32,750 nt of DNA from a virus, in IMG/VR virus record IMGVR_UViG_3300040770_000333, positions 1 to 32,750 of that record, one strand, 5' to 3'. Positions 16,815 through 22,971 of this stretch are shown here, one piece after another. The notes beneath the pieces were generated by a model. It was given only the letters and a program-made list of their open reading frames with translations. It did not search any database and was not told the DNA's origin. The first letter of the stretch is position 1; each line of letters starts with the position of its first letter. The position numbers were made by a program, and so were the translations under genes.

Positions 16815-16947
16815 TGCTAACGTTTCGCAGCCTTGCTTTGTACCGACCAAGTACAGACTATTTTTCGGATGAACACCAGTAACAACAAACACAAAATAAT
16901 ACCAACCAAAGCCAAGTAAAAGGTATAGAGCAAGACTGCTGTTATGC
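16815..16947 (+). repeat. attC-like site 3 (133 nt imperfect hairpin)
   Basis: TGCTAAC (16815-16821), 5-nt spacer GTTTC, then arm GCAGCCTTGCTTTGTACC (16827-16844) pairing with GGTATAGAGCAAGACTGC (16922-16939). The stem has a C.A mismatch at position 5. One T follows, then GTTATGC (16941-16947). Its central region shares TTTTCGG and ACAAA-ACACAAAA blocks with site 2. Confidence 0.6.
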
Positions 16948-16972
16948 GTTCGGCTTTTTAAAACTGAATATT

Positions 16973-17218
16973 ATGTATAACTTATCAATTAATCCTGAAA
17001 AATGGGTGAAAATGTCAGATTTAGAACTAGAAATGAATAAACCATTTTGGTTTAAAAAACCCGATGGTAAAATAGTAATGGGCGCACCATATTCAAATGG
17101 ATATAGTTCTGGAATAGCGGAGGTTTATTTAGCAGAAGATGGCTTAAAAATAAAAACTAATACGTTTCTTATTTTACGAGATAGTCTAATTCAAGAGGTT
17201 CTCGAAGCTGACGCATAA
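16973..17218 (+). CDS. Cassette-3 hypothetical protein
   Basis: 81-aa ORF. Its last codons and stop (GACGCATAA-C) form the AAC box that complements the GTTATGCGT at the cassette start. Confidence 0.5.
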   Translation: MYNLSINPEKWVKMSDLELEMNKPFWFKKPDGKIVMGAPYSNGYSSGIAEVYLAEDGLKIKTNTFLILRDSLIQEVLEADA

Positions 17219-17283
17219 CTTCTTTATATACGTAACCATTGTGGTAATAAACAAATAAAACCAAAGCATATGATTACCACAAT
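17211..17283 (+). repeat. Terminal AAC half-site plus a perfect 11-bp hairpin spanning the next start codon
   Basis: ACGCATAAC (17211-17219) is followed by ATTGTGGTAAT (17238-17248) / ATTACCACAAT (17273-17283). The ATG of the next ORF (17270) lies in the loop. No clear GTT box follows at the spacing seen in sites 1-3. Confidence 0.4.
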
Positions 17284-17530
17284 AGAATTTAAACAAGGTT
17301 TCATTTATAAGGGGGTAAGGCACGCTTGGAAGAAAGGAAAATTATACAGATTACCATTCAAAAGAAACAAAAGAACTTATGGATTAAGAGAAATACCGAT
17401 GTATGTATTTAAAACAACCGCAGTTTATAATATCCAAAGAGATAAAATAACATTTTTAAAACTGAAACAAAGAACGGAATGTGTTACTTGGGAAGTAGAA
17501 ATTTTAATTGATGATGAATATCCATTTTAA
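17270..17530 (+). CDS. Hypothetical small basic protein
   Basis: 86-aa ORF and the last gene before the early/late terminator. Confidence 0.45.
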   Translation: MITTIEFKQGFIYKGVRHAWKKGKLYRLPFKRNKRTYGLREIPMYVFKTTAVYNIQRDKITFLKLKQRTECVTWEVEILIDDEYPF

Positions 17531-17613
17531 ACCGCAACACCATGAAATAATCAACAACTCCCAAAGCGATTGTATAAATAAATTTTATGTTTTCTGACGA
17601 GAAAATCGCTTAC

Positions 17614-17651
17614 GAGCAACCAGTGAACAATAGTATCTGGTTGCTTTTTTG
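17614..17651 (+). terminator. Rho-independent terminator separating the early/cassette region from the late operon
   Basis: GCAACCAG (16-23 of the 176xx line, i.e. 17616-17623) pairs with CTGGTTGC (17637-17644) and is followed by TTTTTT. Confidence 0.7.
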
Positions 17652-17699
17652 AAAACAATAAAATATTAAATTAAGAATATATTGTAATAGTTAATTTCG

Positions 17700-17707
17700 T
17701 AAATTTG
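17700..17707 (+). promoter_or_regulatory. Bacteroidetes-type -7 box (TAAATTTG) upstream of the late operon
   Basis: Matches the TAnnTTTG consensus of Bacteroidota sigma-A promoters. It ends only 5 nt before the ATG at 17713, which would imply a near-leaderless transcript. Confidence 0.3.
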
Positions 17708-17712
17708 TTATA

Positions 17713-18180
17713 ATGATTAAAAGGAAAATAGATAAAGAGACCGCAATAAAATCAATACTTTCAGATTTAAAAAAAGGTATTGACAAGAAGTCTATTTTCG
17801 GAAGGATTCGGAAAAATTCGGAAATTCCTAAAAGTACTATTTATGATTGGTATAGAGTGGCTGAAACAAAATACAAAGAGTTCCTTTCCGTAGCAAATCC
17901 AATCATTGAAGCTAAAGAAATTGAAGCGTTAGGACAAATAGCAGTTTCAAATATTTTATCAAAGCTAGAGAGACAATTATTACTTTCGGATATTGCAAGA
18001 GGAAATGTAAAAGTTTGGAAAGAAGCATTATCTAAAGATGGAAAAGTAAAGCTTAGTTATTACGACCCAGTTAAGTATATAAACGAACTCAACAAAATGG
18101 ATGGGGCGTACATTGAAGATCAAGGAAATGACAATGATATAACTGAAATTAAAATTACAAGAATTGGTTCGATAACATAA
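17713..18180 (+). CDS. HTH-containing protein, possible small terminase subunit
   Basis: 155 aa and the first gene of the late operon, two genes upstream of terL. N-terminal HTH-like segment IPKSTIYDWYRVAE. Confidence 0.35.
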   Translation: MIKRKIDKETAIKSILSDLKKGIDKKSIFGRIRKNSEIPKSTIYDWYRVAETKYKEFLSVANPIIEAKEIEALGQIAVSNILSKLERQLLLSDIARGNVKVWKEALSKDGKVKLSYYDPVKYINELNKMDGAYIEDQGNDNDITEIKITRIGSIT

Positions 18181-18190
18181 AATTACATCT

Positions 18191-18586
18191 ATGAAATTAA
18201 TATCAATGACCGATTTTGTTTTGCATGAACAAAGATTTAAAGAAGATAGCGATTTAGCTGTTTTTAAAATAACTAACTACGCAAACTTCCTTAAACAACC
18301 TTTAGAGTTATGGATGTTTGTTCCTTGTAATAATGATGGTAATGTTTTGGATAGACCAAAAGAGCATTTAGAGAATAGAAGCATTTACTATAATGAATTA
18401 AGAGAATACCAACAAGAAAAAGAAAAATGTTTGTTTGAAGGATGGCAGTATTGCGATAAGTCCAACACAATAAGAGACGGTGTATTTACTTTGAGTTTAG
18501 AAAAAATAAAAGATTACACAATTGAATATTTAATTAATTTGGATATTACATTAAGCGAATCTGCAATTAAAAAATTAGGCATTTAA
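18191..18586 (+). CDS. Hypothetical protein
   Basis: 131-aa ORF between the putative terS and terL. Confidence 0.5.
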   Translation: MKLISMTDFVLHEQRFKEDSDLAVFKITNYANFLKQPLELWMFVPCNNDGNVLDRPKEHLENRSIYYNELREYQQEKEKCLFEGWQYCDKSNTIRDGVFTLSLEKIKDYTIEYLINLDITLSESAIKKLGI

Positions 18587-18602
18587 GCAGTTGATTTAAA
18601 AT

Positions 18603-18635
18603 AAAACTTGGTGAAGTTGCCAAGAACCTTACAGA
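18603..18635 (+). promoter_or_regulatory. Conserved stem-loop leader, copy 1 (upstream of terL)
   Basis: CTTGG (18607-18611), loop TGAAGTTG, CCAAG (18620-18624), then AACCTTACAGA-ATG. It is near-identical to 21772-21806, with a compensatory stem change. Confidence 0.5.
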
Positions 18636-19838
18636 ATGGAAATAAACCTTAGTTTACTTGGTCATCAAGAAGATTTTGTATTCTCAAATGCAAAGCACAC
18701 CATATTAGTGGCTGGTTTTGGTAGCGGAAAAACAGAAGCTGCAATAGTGAAATCAGCTATTAAACTAATGACCACCGCTTCTAATCTAAACATTGGTTAC
18801 TACCTTCCCAATTACCCACTAATCAACGATATTGCAGTCCCTCGTTTTCAAGAGTTTTTTGAATATCACGGTATTGAATATAAATACAATTCAAGCGAAA
18901 AGGTTTTTAGGACAAAGTTTGGAAAATTGTTACTTCGAAATATGACGAAACCCGAAACAATAGTAGGGTATGAAACATTCTATTCTATTGTTGATGAAAT
19001 CGATATTTTACCAAAAGCCAAAGCAAAAGCAGTTTTTAATAAAATTATTGCAAGGAATAGACAAGTATGCTCAAAAGGTCAAAAGAATTCGATTGATCTG
19101 GTATCTACTCCAGAAGGTTTTAATTTTCTTTACAATTTTTCCGTAAAAGAATCCAGTACCGAAAAGTTTCTAATTAAAGCCAAAACAAACGACAATCCCT
19201 TTTTGCCTGATGACTACATTACTACATTGTCAGCACAATACACCAAAGAAGAATTAACCGCATATATAAATGGCGAATTCTGCAATCTTACTAGCGGTTC
19301 GGTTTACAAGTCATATGATAGAGAAAAGCACAACACCAACAAACTTGCTGGAATAGATTTATACATTGGTATGGATTTCAACGTTCAAAACATGCACGCA
19401 ATTGTTCACGTCATTGATGGTGGCGCAATGTATGCAGTAGATGAATTTGTAAAAATATACAACACGCAGGAGCTTTGCGATCAGATAAGGGAACGATACC
19501 CAAACCAAAAAATCGAAATCAATCCAGATGCCAGTTGCAGAAACAGAAATACTGCTGGACTATCTGATTATGATATAATTATAGATGAAAAATATAATTT
19601 TGAAGTAAACATACGCAGGAAAAACCCCGAAATTTTAAATAGGGTTCGAGGTGTAAATAAAGCGTTTGAGGATGGGAAATATTTTGTAAATTTGAGCAGA
19701 TGCCCGAACTATTCTGATGCGTTAAGTCAGCAAACGTATGACAAGGGATTACCTGATAAAAAAAGCGGGCTTGATCATATCAATGATGCTGGCACGTATT
19801 GTGTAATAGAGCAAATCTATATAAGTGGATTGGATTAA
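18636..19838 (+). CDS. terL: Terminase large subunit
   Basis: 400 aa. Walker A is VAGFGSGKTEAA and Walker B is FYSIVDEIDI. The C-terminal acidic nuclease-like motifs (IGMDFN, INPDAS, HINDAG) are arranged as in TerL. Confidence 0.85.
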   Translation: MEINLSLLGHQEDFVFSNAKHTILVAGFGSGKTEAAIVKSAIKLMTTASNLNIGYYLPNYPLINDIAVPRFQEFFEYHGIEYKYNSSEKVFRTKFGKLLLRNMTKPETIVGYETFYSIVDEIDILPKAKAKAVFNKIIARNRQVCSKGQKNSIDLVSTPEGFNFLYNFSVKESSTEKFLIKAKTNDNPFLPDDYITTLSAQYTKEELTAYINGEFCNLTSGSVYKSYDREKHNTNKLAGIDLYIGMDFNVQNMHAIVHVIDGGAMYAVDEFVKIYNTQELCDQIRERYPNQKIEINPDASCRNRNTAGLSDYDIIIDEKYNFEVNIRRKNPEILNRVRGVNKAFEDGKYFVNLSRCPNYSDALSQQTYDKGLPDKKSGLDHINDAGTYCVIEQIYISGLD

Positions 19839-19941
19839 TAAATATAAACTATGAAAGCATTATTTAAAAGTAGATTTCCATTCGTGGAATTACCAAACGA
19901 GGAACTGAATAAAGAACAATTAGCAATTAAAAAACAGTACA

Positions 19942-20556
19942 ATGATTTGGAAAAAACCAAATTCAATCAGTTACGAGAAGTTCACAGCGATGACAAACGA
20001 ACTAGGAGAAAATCCGAGCGATGAAGAATCAGTATTTGCGATTCTAAAAACTTTTTATTCTAATGATAAAAGACAATGGAATGTTTGTATTGAAGAATTT
20101 AATAGATTGATTTTAGAACCTTATTTGGCGCCGATAAAATTAGATTTAGATTTTGAAAACGAACCAGCCGAATACTACATAATTGCTGATTTGTATTTGT
20201 CAAAATTGGATTTAGTAAGTTTGTATAATCATTTAAGCGGGAAGAATGTCAAGGATATTTCAATAGGATTTGCCAAAAGAGTAAAAGAGGAATTTTTGCA
20301 GAGTGTTTCACATTTTAAAGAGAAATACGAATGGATTTTTAACCCGCCAATATTACCCGGTGTAAACAAACATTCAATAGGTAGTCAGTTAAGAACCGAG
20401 TTTCAGCAACACTATGGAGCGTATGCAGAAATAACCTATCTACTAAGCAAAGGCGATGCAATGCGATTCGATACGGTTAACAAAATGAAGTTAGAAGATT
20501 ATTTGTCATTGGGGGAATATTTGCTTAGAAAGCGAGCAGTTGAATCAGTTGAATAA
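19942..20556 (+). CDS. Hypothetical structural-module protein (5' end ambiguous; see the A6-tract finding)
   Basis: 204-aa ORF. A 57-codon ORF (19851-20024) in another frame fills the gap after terL and overlaps this start. Confidence 0.5.
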   Translation: MIWKKPNSISYEKFTAMTNELGENPSDEESVFAILKTFYSNDKRQWNVCIEEFNRLILEPYLAPIKLDLDFENEPAEYYIIADLYLSKLDLVSLYNHLSGKNVKDISIGFAKRVKEEFLQSVSHFKEKYEWIFNPPILPGVNKHSIGSQLRTEFQQHYGAYAEITYLLSKGDAMRFDTVNKMKLEDYLSLGEYLLRKRAVESVE

Positions 20557-20566
20557 AAAATAAACT

Positions 20567-21019
20567 ATGAACGAATTAGAAAAAGTACGCAATCACATTA
20601 TCACAAAGTTTCAATCTGATCCTTTGGTTAACACCGTGACCACTTTAAGCGACGACCTTATTGACACTAACAAAGAGACAATCTATCCAGTAGTGAATGT
20701 TGATTATGTAGACAATGATATTCAAGAAGATCAGATACTTTTTTTCTACAAAATAAAAGCACTGGACCAAAATGACATTTATACTAAGAGTACAGATTCA
20801 AAACTGCAAGAGGACACCAACCAAAGTGATATTTGGAATGAGACTTTTAATATCTGTCAATCGTTTATCAATTCATTTCGTCAGTATGCCGATAATGATA
20901 TTGAAATAAATAGCAAGTCAAAAGTAACGGCAATCAAAAACGAAAACCTTAATGGTTTATCTGGCCATACTTTTGAAATTGTATTATCAATCCCAAACGA
21001 AGGTAGCTCATGTCCGTAA
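20567..21019 (+). CDS. Hypothetical virion-module protein
   Basis: 150-aa acidic ORF in the late operon. Confidence 0.5.
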   Translation: MNELEKVRNHIITKFQSDPLVNTVTTLSDDLIDTNKETIYPVVNVDYVDNDIQEDQILFFYKIKALDQNDIYTKSTDSKLQEDTNQSDIWNETFNICQSFINSFRQYADNDIEINSKSKVTAIKNENLNGLSGHTFEIVLSIPNEGSSCP

Positions 21020-21390
21020 GATTAGAAGATGAAGCACGTGCTCAACGGGTAGTTGAAAAGTCAAAACGTGAAGCACAGATCGATACTGGACGTTTAAAGC
21101 GTTCTATTAATCAGAAAGTTCAAAGGGGTGTTATTGTTTTTCGTGAATATTACTACGGGGAGTACGAAGATTCAAGAGGAAGAAAAAACTCGACACTAGA
21201 GGAAAACGCAAAAGCAATGATGGGTAATATCCCCTATAAAATTGAAAGACTTGACGAGGAGGGTTCTATTGTGCAAGGTGTAAACAAAGCAACAAGCGGA
21301 CGTATTCTATCATACGAACGCCAAAATAAAAGAGAATCTAAAGCAAAAGCATTGATGTTATTGTTAATATCCAAATTAAAAAAAAGATGA
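21010..21390 (+). CDS. HK97 gp10-like head-tail joining / tail-completion protein
   Basis: The motif IDTGRLKRSINQKV resembles the dTGxLrxSi signature of the HK97 gp10 family (PF04883). Confidence 0.45.
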   Translation: MSVRLEDEARAQRVVEKSKREAQIDTGRLKRSINQKVQRGVIVFREYYYGEYEDSRGRKNSTLEENAKAMMGNIPYKIERLDEEGSIVQGVNKATSGRILSYERQNKRESKAKALMLLLISKLKKR

Positions 21391-21767
21391 CGAGGAATCC
21401 AAAAAGCAACGTTAAAATTATAGAAGCAGGATTGATTTATTTGGGTGATCTTGTTTATAATGAAGCAAGAGAAGAAGTGCGAGTTTCAGAAGACACATTC
21501 GATTCAGAAGGTAACATTACAAACAGAGGTGGTTCGTTAAGGGATTCGATTTTACCATACGCCAAAAACAGAAGGCTTACTTTATCGCAGTTGAATTATG
21601 GGAAATGGCAAAAGCCAAAAGAGTTGGGTAGTACACCATGGAACCCACCAGCAAGTGAGACATCTGAATTATGGGATAACCCAATGGCCACAAGTATAGC
21701 AAAGAATATTCCAGCAACAATAAACACGATTTCAAAAAGTTTGATTAAAAATATAGTAGGTAAGTAA
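21387..21767 (+). CDS. Hypothetical head-tail module protein (second gp10-like motif)
   Basis: 126 aa with an ATGA overlap. The segment RGGSLRDSILPYAK weakly echoes the same motif. Confidence 0.4.
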   Translation: MTRNPKSNVKIIEAGLIYLGDLVYNEAREEVRVSEDTFDSEGNITNRGGSLRDSILPYAKNRRLTLSQLNYGKWQKPKELGSTPWNPPASETSELWDNPMATSIAKNIPATINTISKSLIKNIVGK

Positions 21768-21771
21768 ATTA

Positions 21772-21806
21772 TAAACTCGGTGAAGTTGCCGAGAACCCTA
21801 GAAGAA
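21772..21806 (+). promoter_or_regulatory. Conserved stem-loop leader, copy 2
   Basis: CTCGG (21776-21780), loop TGAAGTTG, CCGAG (21789-21793), then AACCCTAGAAGAA-ATG. The stem covaries with copy 1 (T:A changed to C:G). Confidence 0.5.
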
Positions 21807-22970
21807 ATGAACATCACCAGCCTTTCGCAAGTTGCTTTCTGCAACTCTCCAGTAATCGTCCGCATAGATTTACTTACTGATTTCCCAGCTTATGTACCCT
21901 CAAATATTAATACTCGAATACGCTTACAATTAGTCACGTTCGATATTAATGACGCACTAGAAGAAACCAATGTCAACACTTATGTACTTGACAAAGCAAG
22001 AGTTTCCAATGACGACAAGTACGTGTCTTTTGAAATACAAGATTATTTAAAAAATGATTTGATTCGAAAAGAAAATCTTAACAATGTAGATTTTCCAGTA
22101 CTGCTTTATCATAATACTTCGCTACCATACGTGCAAGGTATGGCGTTATTTTATCGATACTCTTACTATGCGTATGATGAGACAACAAGTGTTGCAGCAA
22201 TCAATGTAACGGACAAAGTAGCAACACTAGGTTACAGATGGAGAAACGAGCAAAACCCTTTTTACGGTTCATTTGTTGGAAACTCAAACGGGTTTAATGT
22301 GGCTCAAACTCCAGTTAAAAAATACGCTGAATACATTCCATATTACGCCAAACAAGATTTTAACTTTGGAATAAACAGAACATCAAACAATTTTATCACT
22401 ACAACCAAAGTAAATCCATCTGAAACGGTTTGCGTGAAAGACCCTTTACTTTTCATTTATATAGACCGAAACGGATTATTTCAGTACCTAACTACTACTG
22501 GAAAAATACTGATTAATGATGAGGTTAAACGCCAAGAAAGTAACAAAGTATTCCGAGATTCCGCAATGGTTAACACCGAAAGCACGCATTTCAAAAACAC
22601 GAACATAGAAGAAGTTTTTCAAACGTACACCGTGAACACGGGCATACTAGATGAAAGTATGAACGCACTTATTGAAGAACTTATTTACTCCCCAAAAATA
22701 TATTTGGTTCGATTTTATGGCGAACGCTGGAAAGTAGAACAGCAAGGAATCACAGTTGACAATGATATTATCACAATTGACAATGAAACGATCACAGTTG
22801 ACAGCGATACCGTGACACTTTCAGATGTGGGTTATTATTCGACTTATTTACAGGTTCCGGTAACTTGTGTTGATAATGATTTCGTGCAGAAAAACAACAA
22901 AAACGATAAAAGTGATATTTCATATACTTTAAAATTCAAGGAAACCGCTTCTAAAATAAAAAATCAATAG
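21807..22970 (+). CDS. Large structural protein of unknown role
   Basis: The ORF track starts at a GTG at 21780, inside the conserved leader hairpin. The ATG at 21807 (MNITSL...) sits where the terL ATG sits relative to the leader. Confidence 0.55.
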   Translation: MNITSLSQVAFCNSPVIVRIDLLTDFPAYVPSNINTRIRLQLVTFDINDALEETNVNTYVLDKARVSNDDKYVSFEIQDYLKNDLIRKENLNNVDFPVLLYHNTSLPYVQGMALFYRYSYYAYDETTSVAAINVTDKVATLGYRWRNEQNPFYGSFVGNSNGFNVAQTPVKKYAEYIPYYAKQDFNFGINRTSNNFITTTKVNPSETVCVKDPLLFIYIDRNGLFQYLTTTGKILINDEVKRQESNKVFRDSAMVNTESTHFKNTNIEEVFQTYTVNTGILDESMNALIEELIYSPKIYLVRFYGERWKVEQQGITVDNDIITIDNETITVDSDTVTLSDVGYYSTYLQVPVTCVDNDFVQKNNKNDKSDISYTLKFKETASKIKNQ

Positions 22971-22971
22971 T

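Larger units (their letters stand above)
15468..17219 (+). mobile_element. Integron-like gene-cassette array: three attC-like sites, three cassettes and a terminal half-site, with no adjacent IntI
   Basis: Each cassette begins just after a GTT box and ends at an AAC box. The flanks are reverse complements within a cassette: GTTGGCGGTAG (15591) vs CTTACTGCCAAC (16182-16193); GTTAGCAT (16313-16320) vs ATGCTAAC (16814-16821); GTTATGCGT (16941-16949) vs ACGCATAAC (17211-17219). Confidence 0.6.

Noticed and set aside
15468-16947. The possibility that the three repeated roughly 130-nt elements form a CRISPR array, or are simple duplicated terminators or MITEs.
   Set aside because: - They are too long, too imperfect and too widely spaced (whole genes lie between them) for CRISPR.
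- Sites 1 and 2 have no T-tract typical of terminators directly after the stem.
- No target-site duplications or terminal inverted repeats of MITE type are present.
- Complementarity runs across each cassette, which favours a recombination-site interpretation.

A PeSL-like recombination hotspot, as in T4-type phages, remains an alternative and is noted in the findings.
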